From contig CP075497.1 of NCBI GenBank assembly GCA_021613535.1, positions 6,882,001 to 6,946,000 of the forward strand: DNA of 64,000 nt, written 5' to 3'. Origin of the DNA: Adineta vaga. Taxonomy: Eukaryota; Animalia; Rotifera. The notes beneath the pieces were generated by a model that made no database searches, was not told the DNA's origin, and was given only the letters and a program-made list of their open reading frames with translations. Both the position numbers and the translations under genes were made by a program. Each line of letters opens with the position of its first letter. Positions within the stretch are counted from its first letter, which is position 1. Shown here piece by piece: positions 1 to 11,608 of this stretch.

Positions 1-360
1 TGTTGATAAATATTGATCAATCGCAGCAAAACAAGTTGCTGAAAATGTTATAAGTGTTAATGTATGGGCAACCAATGGTCTTAGTTTACACCAAACAACG
101 GACATTCGTGTTACATCTGTTAGAAATGCGACCTCTAGAAGACGAAATGGTAATGCTACAAGTAATAAACAACAATCAGTGATTGTTTGAGCAAGAAGAA
201 AAAAAACACATTGATTTCGTCGAAATACTTTATAACATGTAAGAACAAGAATATTAATAATATTTCCAATAACACCCAAGATTAAAATAAGAAAATAACC
301 ATAGATTGCAAATTCTTTTGCGATAAATAATATTGATGTTGCAATTTCTGATGAAGACAT
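1..360 (-). CDS. Rhodopsin-like GPCR, 5' part (runs off the window edge); paralog of 2591..3667
   Basis: Manual translation from ATG 360: MSSSEIATSILFIAKEFAIYGYFLILILGVIGNIINILVLTCYKVFRRNQCVFFL...VVWCKLRPL...CFAAIDQYLST; shares TM1 GN, WCK and AIDQYLST with the next gene. Confidence 0.85.
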   Translation of the reverse strand, partial: MSSSEIATSILFIAKEFAIYGYFLILILGVIGNIINILVLTCYKVFRRNQCVFFLLAQTITDCCLLLVALPFRLLEVAFLTDVTRMSVVWCKLRPLVAHTLTLITFSATCFAAIDQYLST

Positions 361-2590
361 TATGACAACAAATGTGATGTGAAATCTAATTAAATGAAAA
401 TTTAAAAAAAACAAGACAAGGAACTAGTAGAATATAGTTATTATTAGAATGTATGCACATAACTCGACACTCTTTTCTAGTCAGTTTGATATTTTTCTGT
501 TGATGATTTATGTTTTATTATCTTTAGAATAAATTAATTATGTTGAAACGATCCGCTTATGCAACTTATATACTCGTTAGCCGAGTTAGTTTTAATGACA
601 GAAGTTCAGTAGTTGGTATAATCGTTATGTCGTAAAGATGCTAATAAAAAACAAGAAGTGCAGTCATGTTGAAGTTTATCTATGCTATAATTAATGAAGA
701 AAATAAAACAATATGACGTTTTGATATTTAATTGAAAATGTTCATCGAATCGATATTATCAAACTTGAAATGGCAGTGAACTCATCTGTTACTGATAGGA
801 CTAGATGTTAATCTGGTGATTAAATATTTATGGTACTTATCTATCAAATCAGATATTTAAGATGATATTCTGGGAAACGAATCCTATCCCTCTAAATTTT
901 CAGGGGAGAAGCACTTACGTAGCTGAAAGATCTGTATCATTGTATCTAGAGGATATTATTAAAAAACGTACTAATTTTCTATTGTATTTTAAACGTTTTT
1001 TCAGCTAGTATTAAGAAATATATCTTTTTCAAGCGATTTTTCTTGGTGTCTCATCTTAAACAACATGACTATGATAAACTGTTATGCGATCTTTTCTTAT
1101 TAAAAAAACGAGACCGTTTCTATCTTCTTACATCTTAGTGATGGAAAACGTGGACTCGCACTTTGATATATCCAGTGATTGCGAGAAGGATTTGATCTGC
1201 AGGCTACAAAAGTGATGGTGCAGATGGTTTACTTTATCATAAAAGAAAATTAAAAAATGATGGAATTTATAAGAGAATCAGCAAAAAGAGCATTTTTATT
1301 TAAATAGTGAACAGAACTCTAAATAAGGGAGAAAAATATAATTTTAACATTTAATCACCTGGTTTAAGGCAAAAATATGTTCATATCCACATATAAATAG
1401 GTGTTAATAATTCATGGTGTATGCTATATCATTCTAGGCAGATGCAGTGTAGATTTTTGCAACTTGCACTTTTATGGAGCGCTTTCAGTTGTCCCTAAAA
1501 TATCTTGGCACAACAAAACATCTATTGGTGAACATCTCTACATTATGATCAACCTGTCACACTGAGCGAATTTCGCTGGTTTTGACTCCCTTTTATATGA
1601 TCCCGTCGAGATTCTGAAAATGAACGCTTTTCCGGTCTCGACTGTGTAAATGAACTTCTCTAATGTGAACGAGTTTATTCGGCGTCGACTATTCATTAAA
1701 CATTATCATGCACATAATCGTTTTTTTTAATAAGATCAAATAGAAAGAAATTTTTGCTCGTAAGAATATGACTTTATTCCTATTCATTAATTCTAGTCAT
1801 TTGTCATTGACGAAATATAATCATATCTTCACAATTATAATCAGTATGAAAGAGAAAATGAATGTAATTAATAAAGAAGAATATAATTTCTCATAGTGAA
1901 GTGGGACAGTAAATTTAAAGTATTTTTTTTAATTGTATCTATTGTCTCAAGCGAGAATATAGATACACATATTGTTCCAAAACTAATTTAAATGACGAGC
2001 CAGACCCCAAACCTTGAGATCTGATATAAACATACGAATATCGAATAAGTCAGTTTTTAATACTCTTATATATATATATAATATTTAAGCTTAATGATTC
2101 AATATTGATACTGCACGAAAAAGATTTTGTTTGGAAGCATTGCAGTTTTTCATAATTGCATAAGAATTCAATTCGTATGTGTATATTAGAGACATTTTAT
2201 ACGGTATTTTTGCAAATAATTGGATACATCAAAGAATATAACTGTAGTAATTTCGTAAATACAGAAATTCATAAAACCTTCCTCTCTACGACCACTTTAT
2301 TAACATCAACAAATCAGAAAATACGGTGAGTTGAAGAGGCTGTGATTCGTAGACAGATGAAATCAGTTTATTTATCCTTGCCTTCCACATCAAAAGTAAC
2401 GTATTGAGACATGCATCAAACAAGATACCTTCAGATGCGATAGTTCTACTTTTTAAGTAAATCTATTAGTCCATTGAATAGATCAAGAGGATACAGATTG
2501 TGAAAAGCCTTTTTTTGCATGTAGTTACCATTTAGTTACGAAGAGAGTTATAAATTTTGAGATAATACTTTCATAAAGTTTATAATTGTG

Positions 2591-3667
2591 TCAATCGATA
2601 TCCAAGTCTGTGCCATTATGAGTAGGTACTACTCGATTTTCACGATGAAACATTTGAGAACAGCAAATAATATGAAGTATTTTCTTGACCATAGTTTTTA
2701 TAAAGACACGTTTGACTTGTTGTCGAAAACGTTTTGAAACGGCTAGAAAAACATAGAAGGTACCCTGTAAGTAATAAATCACATATGAATATAGAATCAA
2801 AAATAAATGATAATAATGTACACTTACTGACAAATTTATATAGTATAAAGAATAAGTAATGGTCGATATCAATTGGTCAATAGCTAGACGGACAGTATCA
2901 TTGGGATTAATTGATCGATTCAATAGATAGATACGACTAAGAACGAAAGGTAGAGTCGTAGGAACTAAAAATGCGACTTTTGATAAAATTATTGTCGTTA
3001 ATTGTCGATCTAATCGTCGTCGAACTATTGGTATTTGACGTCGAATAATTCGGCGAACATTAAAATAAGCGAGTATTGCCGAAAGTGCCGATACTGTAAT
3101 TGGTAATATTCCACTGAGCACACAAAAATGAACATATGAATAATAACGTAAAAACCCATCATCATATATTCCACAACCAGATGACGGTTTGATTTCAAAA
3201 AAGATCAAAAATGGAATAGCATGTAAAGTCCAAATGCAGATAGCACAATAAACTAAACGATGAGCTAATTTCAAAGTACTTACTTGTCTTAACCAAGGAT
3301 TGTAATGAGTTGACAAATATTGATCAATAGCTGCAAAACATATCGATGAAAACGACATCAATGAAAATGCAGGTACAATTGCTTGTCGAATTTTACACCA
3401 TGCAAGTGATAATAGCATCACATCATAACCATAACCATATTCAGCAATACGTAATGGTAATACAATAATTATTAGAAAGAAATCAGCAATCGATAAAACA
3501 ATCAGATAGAATGCCAATTGATTTTGTCGGAAAACTTTTTCACCGTGAAAAACAATCATATTGCAAATGTTACCAATTATACCAAAGATTATAATGATGA
3601 TATATACTGAAATCGTGTATTTTTTAGATATAATAATAATTTGTTCGGCTACAGTTAATGATTCCAT
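2591..3667 (-). CDS. Rhodopsin-like (class A) orphan GPCR, 7TM; probable 63-nt intron at 2765..2827
   Basis: Seven hydrophobic segments, TM1 GN, TM2 D, WCK, DRY replaced by DQY; GTAAGT...TTACAG in-frame intron inside TM7. Confidence 0.9.
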   Translation of the reverse strand: MESLTVAEQIIIISKKYTISVYIIIIIFGIIGNICNMIVFHGEKVFRQNQLAFYLIVLSIADFFLIIIVLPLRIAEYGYGYDVMLLSLAWCKIRQAIVPAFSLMSFSSICFAAIDQYLSTHYNPWLRQVSTLKLAHRLVYCAICIWTLHAIPFLIFFEIKPSSGCGIYDDGFLRYYSYVHFCVLSGILPITVSALSAILAYFNVRRIIRRQIPIVRRRLDRQLTTIILSKVAFLVPTTLPFVLSRIYLLNRSINPNDTVRLAIDQLISTITYSLYYINLSVSVHYYHLFLILYSYVIYYLQGTFYVFLAVSKRFRQQVKRVFIKTMVKKILHIICCSQMFHRENRVVPTHNGTDLDID

Positions 3668-4420
3668 TTGTATTGTAAATATTTTAATATATGAAAAGTT
3701 TTATGAAACAAACAAACAAACGATCTATTTAGAGATCCAAATACAACATATGCAATAATCAAAGTAATTATAAAGAACTTGGATAAAAATCATGAAGATG
3801 AATATAGAAAATAATCTTTTCTCTTACAATCACTAGTGGGTGTGGACTTTGTTACTATCCGAAGATAGTTCTGCAGTCATCATTTACCTAATAGTATTTT
3901 TCTGCTTTTTACAAGAATCTGACAGGAATAAAAGAAGATATTTTAATAAGATCTCTCAATTCAGTATAAAAAGAACAGGATGTTTCCGTTCTTTTACATA
4001 TTAATCACAGTCTGATGATATATACGCAGCAACATCTAGATTTTTAATTATTCATCATCGACATTTTCTTCTTTGTCTCATCATATGATGATACTTCAAT
4101 TTTGAAATTTTACGTCAGTCGGTTTTTGTCAGTTTCTGATAGATGCTATAGAAAATGTTTAATTACAGCGTAAAAATTTTGTATTATCTCGACAAAGATA
4201 TATTTCATAAATGATTCAAATTCAAACATGAAAGTTTAACTAAGCGTTCAAAATAATAAATCTTTCTCTTATCTATATATGAATTCAAATATATTCTTTT
4301 AGTCAAAATTATTAGACTAAAAACATTGCTTTAATTGAAATATACTTTTATTATTAATCAAATTAAAAAACAGTACATCGATTATTATGTTGCATTGTAA
4401 GTTTTTTTTTTCTATACATA

Positions 4421-6409
4421 TCACGATGAAATGTGTATACGATTATCTTCATCACTGAATTCTACTTGTACTTTGCTGTTTAATACATTTAATAATTTGT
4501 ATTCATTAAACCATGAAAGAAATCGTTGTTGATCGACACATGAATTGGTGTCATGAAATGTAATATGCAGATCTAACAGATGTGCAAGTTTTCGAAGACA
4601 ATAGGTAAGAAAAATATAAATATTTTGAGTATCTTTTAATTCCAAATAAAGATAACGTATATTTGGAAAATACTTTGCCATTTGACGAAGAATATATGTT
4701 GGATTACAAGGAACATTTGCAGTACAATCAATTGTTAAACTTGTAATACGAGTTAAAACTGTTGAAATTTGAAGTAAACAATCCGATACTCGAAGACTTT
4801 GAACATTGGGTAGAAGATTTAATAATTTTGAAACTGAAAAGAAAAGAATAAAACGATCGTTTTGATGTTTTAAACATATTTACGAAAATTTATGGGATAA
4901 ATCAGATTGTATAGATAGATGCGTTTAATATTTGTAAGTATTGTTGATGGAAATAATTTTTGCAGATCAGTTAATATCGTATCTGCATCATGTGATCTTG
5001 AATCAGTTAATTCCGATGAAAATGATAATGATTTTAGATTTGTATAGATACGATTGGGTAAAACATTAGTCAATAATGAATTAGAATGTAAAGTAAAATG
5101 AAGTTCATAGACTTTTTTATAATCCATTTTTTTCTCTTCATTACATCTAAAAGAATTAACATGTAGTTGAATAAGATCCGATTTTTCTTACTTTAGATTC
5201 GAAGCATTGAAAATATCTTGTGTAGAATATGTTTGTACTCCATATAAATATGTACGTACACTATCTTTCGGAGTTGGTAATGTATATAACATGATATGTC
5301 GTTTGGATATGGATTCACTAAAGTATTCTATAACAACTGGCCATTGATGCCAGAAGAAAGTAGCGAATGATTGAATCATTTTCTCTAGATCGATTTGTGT
5401 ACGTATTGGTACATGAGTTTCATTGATAAATAAAGAGAATTGTTTTAATTCTGGAAGAGAATTAGTAATAACACATTCCCAATTTGTTCCATTTGAATAA
5501 TCTTCGATAAGAAGAGATGAAAAGGATAATTTGACAAGTTTAGGTAACTGTCGAAGAAGAATTTTGATTTCAAAAAAAGGTGTATGAGTAACATGTAATG
5601 TAAAATTTGTTAAGTATGGAATAGAATTAGTTAAACCATTGTATAAAGTATAATCAAAATTTTCTTCATTTAATGAAAATAGATTTGGTCGATTATAACA
5701 CATTATATTCAATGTTCGAATATTTGGTAAACGACGAAGTAATGGTCCTAAATGTTGCATATAACATCCATTTAATGTTAGATGAGTTATCGATATACTT
5801 GTATCTATGAACGAAAAAGATATGTACTCTAATTTACAAAAAAAGAAAGTTTGATTTACCGATATTATCATCGAAAATGATTGAATCATGTAGAGCAAGA
5901 TAGAGTCGTTTAAGTGTTTTTATTTGGAAAAGAATTTTTAATAATTTATCAGTATAATTAGCTGTTTGACGTGCTCGTCCAATGGAAGTTACATGAAGAT
6001 ATTCAAGATTATTTACATAATTTAAAACTTGATAAAGACTGCTCATAATTGGATCCCATAGAATTAAACATTTTAAACGATTGAAAATTTCTTTTCTTGT
6101 TTCAAATTTAACTTCTAAATCTTCTTGATTACTAACAAAATGATTCATACGTTTATATGTATCCGATAATCGTAAAGTATGAATCTGTTCCCGTGCATTA
6201 TATAATACTGATTGATAATAAACATCAAGTAAATATTTAGGTAACGCATTACCTAGATCAATATTCAGTAATTGATGATAGATCAATATATTTAAACGTT
6301 GATTTAAATTAAATAAAGAAATGAATAAATCTCGTGGACGACAATAGGTAAGTATATCAAGAAGAAGTTCATTGGGTAAATGTTCAAATTTTGATATTAT
6401 TTTTGTCAT
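4421..6409 (-). CDS. F-box-like / leucine-rich-repeat protein, multi-exon
   Basis: N-terminal FEHLPNELLLDILTY F-box-like motif followed by LxxLxL repeats over four collinear ORFs separated by short GT-AG introns. Confidence 0.75.
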
Positions 6410-7519
6410 GAAGGAGTTTCTATCTAAAATGAAATTACATAATATCTAATATTTAACATGTGAATTATTTCCATAGTTTACAATAAAAGCGAATTTTATA
6501 AGTCAGATTCAATTATCTTATTTTTGAAAAAAATATTCTCTCATAGTACTACTACTGATAACTATTTCTAATCCATATTTGAATCATTGACTCAACTTAT
6601 CCTTAGACTTAAATGACATACGATTCGCTTAAGTGTACTGGCAAGTTTAAGAATCTTTCGACTAATTAACTAAATCTATTATGCATTAATAAGATTTCTA
6701 AGTTTGAGGATCAATATCAATCGATATTATTAAAACTTTTCAGATATTTCATTGACAATCAATGATAGAAAATATATCATTCTATATGGAAGCCTTGAAA
6801 ATATTTGCGAATAACCGATATACAATATTGTATTACTTACGCTTGTTTGAATTTGTGAATAGCGAATAAAAGAAGTAATTGCATCCGAGTTTTAGCCAGT
6901 CCGTACTGAATATTGCATAATCGTACTGTTTGTTTCGAACATAGTGCAAATACTTAACTAAAATAAAGTAGTAATATTTATTCTAATTTCAAAATATCTT
7001 TTCTGTTGAGTATAATTTACAAATCTAACTGATCTTGTAATAGAAGAATTGTCAATGATTTTTATTTAATGACCTTGATTGACAAATACTCATGAATTTC
7101 TTCAAACGATACAGTTCACTAGAAGAAAAACGAACTGTTCCTGTTCCCATTTTTTTTTCTTGTTCTTCAATATTGATAGGTTACTTTTTCTGACGGCAAA
7201 AATTGTTTTATCCATTACACGAAAGAGGCCGTACGTTGTCATAAATAGTTCTTACACGTTTTAATGTAAAATATATGACACTTTTTTAAATAGATAAGTT
7301 GTATCCAGTATTCACATGTACTAACAATTAAAAAGATGTTCATTTGAACGAAAATAATAGGCTATTACCTTCACATCGATACGACTTCTCCTATGATTTA
7401 CAAATGGCAGCTTCATAGAGAATGTCTCTTCAGTATCAGCCACCATTCATATTATTTATTTTACAACAAAAAGCATCTGACATTTGAAACAAAACAAAAC
7501 AATTATTGTGAAAATTATA

Positions 7520-10500
7520 CTATAGGAAGTATGGGCAATCTGGTGCTAATTTCGAACTTAGCACAATCCGTTCACTTCGTATAGAACTCTCTACATCAGT
7601 ATTTTGATTCACCGGTAGTCTTGGTCCTGATGCAACAGATTCACTACAACAGAAAATAAATATTTCTTTTTCACAAAACAAAACTACTTACGTGTCCGAT
7701 TGATCGTCACTTTTTATATACAGAGTAGCACGAATGGCTAACAAATCAGCATATTTCACTGGTGCTGGAATCGACACTGACCGAGTACATCGAGCATATG
7801 TGTAACACAATGCATAAGTTAACATTTGCACTTCATTCGGTTTCAACTTATTATCATCATACAGTACATAATAATGTGTTGGTCGACTTGTACCCTAGGA
7901 AAGTATCAAATATGTCACGGTTGATAATCAAAACAAACCACTTACAAGTGCACCAAAATGACTGTTGAGATAGAAATCATATTTGGTCACATTAGTAATG
8001 TCATGTGAATCAACAACAGTACCAGCTGGAACGTTCTTTTCTGAATTAGTTGGAAATATTCTTGTATGATGTCGTTTGCTGACAACAATGTATGTGAGAT
8101 ATGGTCGATAAACAGGTGATAGTTCAATACAAGCTTCTCGTATTCCTGTGAGTTCGTATTCGAAAACTGAATCGAATTCACTTTCCGAGATACCATCACG
8201 ATAGAAGACAATTGCAGTCGGTGGATATCCACGATGTTGCACGTATTGTGTGATGAGAGATTTCATGATTTGTTTGAGATCGACAATGAGTTCTCGACTT
8301 TCTTCTCGTGTATCGGGTGGTCGATATTGTTGATAAACTTCTTTGAAATATCGATTAGGAATATCATCTGCTGATGCGACAACAGCAACGATAGATGGTT
8401 GAGTGATAGCACCAGGAGCAGCATGACTAAGATCGGCACCGACATACATGACACGATGACCTTTGGAGAAGAATCGTTCCACTGTAGAACTAGAAGAATC
8501 GTTTGTGTATTAGGACAATTGCTTATTTAGCTTTTAAGCATAGAAAGAAACGCTTACTGTATTTTAATCAAATGATTGATTCCATTAAGTTTTGTGTTTA
8601 TTTTCAATAAGATGTTATTCAGTGTCGAATAATCTATCCTTCCGATATTTTTATTATGACGACCTACGATAGTTTCAATACGTATCATTTGTGTAATTAT
8701 TCCAAAGCCAAATTCTAACTCACACTATGAAATAAATACAGAAATATTATAAACATCATCATCATTGTGCGTCTTACCAATTTCTTTATGCTGTTATAAA
8801 TCCATGTTCTTTCTATATTTTGATCAGGTAAAATGACGAGAAAAAAAGTACAATCAGTATTTGCTATCATCATATCCTTTAAGATACTGACAATTTTCTG
8901 GTTTGAGTTATTATCCGTTTTCTGCTCGATATATATAACAGGAGGTGTGCATTTGACACCTCGCTCTTCTGCTACCATACTTAATTGATCATAGAACTCT
9001 TTACAATCATCTTGATTCATATCTGACAAATTAATCATTGCCCAAATCTTAGGAAAATCTGCTGCTTTAAAAAACTTGGTAGTTTTCAAATCCCAATGAC
9101 CCGGATTTCGCATTCCTTTCGATGTCACTCGATAATTATCAGTATAGAGAATTTCTGGCATTGGCAACACACGCGCTGGTACTGTCAACATTTTCACGTC
9201 AACATTCAGCTTCCATGCAGCAACAAAGGGATCTTCTTCGAAACGTTGTTTTCCACGATCATGACGAATGATTTCGATCATTTTTCGATGTGAAGATGGT
9301 GAAATTGTTGAGCAACGACACATAAGAGCTCTTTGTTCGTCTGTAATTTTTTTTATTCGCACTGGTTCAACATCAACCAGTTCCATCGGTATGAATGATC
9401 CATTGCGCATCTCCAATGTAGGTAAGGATGGATATCTAAATTGTTTAATATCAACATTAAATTATCAAATTCACTTTCTGCTTATACGCACTTCAATGAC
9501 ACACAATATTCTTCTCTGTAATATTCTTCTATTGTGGTCAAGCGCTTATGAGACTTCCACTGGAACTGTTGGCTACATGCAGGTAAACCAAGTTTCACTA
9601 TTTCATAGATTATTGGTTTATCTGCATTTTGTGATCGAACACGCAAATCTATTATCGAACATTATTTCACGCATCTATTTAAAAATATTTCACTTACGTT
9701 TACAGTGCTTCAGAAGAAAATCAGCGTCATTTCGATAGTTTCGATTGTGCACATCGAGATATTGAAGAACATCGTCTCCATCTGCTTTTGAAGCGTTTCG
9801 TTGTTGACCATATTTTCGTTTTCCACTTGGACTATGCAACATCACTTCACAAACAAACTCTATAAACGGCTGTTTCTTCATGAACACTGTATGTTTTACT
9901 ACAACGACAAACAACAAAACTATCATCCTGTTCCACAATACATTCGTCATCTAGACACTCACCATCCAAGTTCATCAACAATTGATGTTTTCCTTTCGAA
10001 AACACTAGACATGAATAGAACCCACGCCACATTGCTTTTCCCAATCCAAGATCCCATTCACTTTGTCTTCCATCGGCACTCGATGCAAAAAACGATCGAT
10101 TGTAGATGAATGCTGCATTCGATGAACAGTACTCATGCAGTGCAATTGACAATACCTGTTTCACCTGTTGAAGATCTTCCATTCTGTCATTAGTCAACGA
10201 TGCTGGGTCGAAGAGTTCATTGAGATTTGCGATGAGTGAGAGATCGACAGGTGATCCGACTCGTTGAACGATCACTTTGTGTGGTTCTGGCGATTGGAAC
10301 GATTGAGACCACTGATGATTTGTGCAGGTGTCTAAATGTATGAACGTGAGAATAAGAGAGGGATGATGAATGATGTGTGTTACATTTTCATCGATTTCAG
10401 GTAGTAGTTGATCGAATGAGAGTACTGTGGATTGATTATCGAAGACAATTTTGTGTGGATCAATTTCTGGATGTTTTTGACAGAGCACATGAAGCCATGA

Positions 10501-11047
10501 GTTGTAGAAGAGACTAGAATGTAATGATAAGTAGAGATAGTAAGAAGCAAAAAGATGGCTGGTGTTACCGTCGTCGATCTCGATGAATTTCGAAATCTTT
10601 CTTGTTTCGAATCTGAATGTGATATTGATAGACGAGACCTTTTCGTGGAAACTGCAAGATGGGAAAATAATTGACGAAAACTCTGTATTGTTCTCCGAGA
10701 TCACCAAGTTGATCGGGTTTTGTTGGTCGCTGGTAAGTGTTGAATTGTTCTTTGGACAGCTCGGTGACAGTCCAAAATGGATCAGGTGGTGGATTAATTC
10801 GTTTGGTAAGAGTACCGCGACCGCGACCCCGACCAATTGGTATAGGATCTGGAGTTGTTTGTGTCGAACGGTCATCACTGGATGCTGTAGAAACACCTGA
10901 ATCTGATCGATTAGCAGTTTCTGAAGAAGGAATAGAAGAGAGTGATGATGTTCTGGGTGTAGGAGATATTGAGATAGATGCATAATCATTGTGATATTTA
11001 TTGGTTTGAGCTCGGCCTCGGCCACGTGGTCGGCTTGTTTCTGACAT
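7520..11047 (-). CDS. Argonaute, copy A (N-PAZ-MID-PIWI), multi-exon; apparent 1-nt deletion near 10288
   Basis: VFVNYFP, YQYHIQI, GFYSCL, YPSLPTL...FIPMELV (PAZ), [20 protein letters not shown] (MID), [40 protein letters not shown]-terminal PYFL*. Confidence 0.92.
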
Positions 11048-11608
11048 TATCTAAAAAAATAATAAATCAGTAAGCTTGAGAAAAGTATCTAGATCAAAAT
11101 ATTTATAGAGTCATTAGCTGGGTAATTTCTCACACGGGGAAAAGCAATTTGGAAGGAAAAATGAATCATCTATCGCTGATAGATTGTTTCGAAATTTTTT
11201 ATTCTTTGACGAAATGAATCAATAAATGGGATGTGATGTTAACAAGGCGTTTGTGACTGTATAGGTGCGAATCAGAATAAAGTGGAGAACTTATGTTTCT
11301 TAGAGTTCAATTATGATCTGAAATTATTGTATAATACAGAACTCTTATTTGCGTTTTAACGACTGTTTATAGACATCTGATTCTGGTCTACATTAATATG
11401 TTTTTCAATATCAAGACAGCTTGCTACCAATGTTTTCACTAAAATCAAGATTACATTTCCATGTCAAAGAAAAAAAAATCTGTTTTTATCAGCATTCTTT
11501 TTATATCAAATTCTCATTTTACAAAAAAAATTTGAAAAAGTCAAGAACTGTAGGTTGACAAGTATATAAAAACAAGAACATTCAAACAAAAAGAAAATAT
11601 AACGGTGT

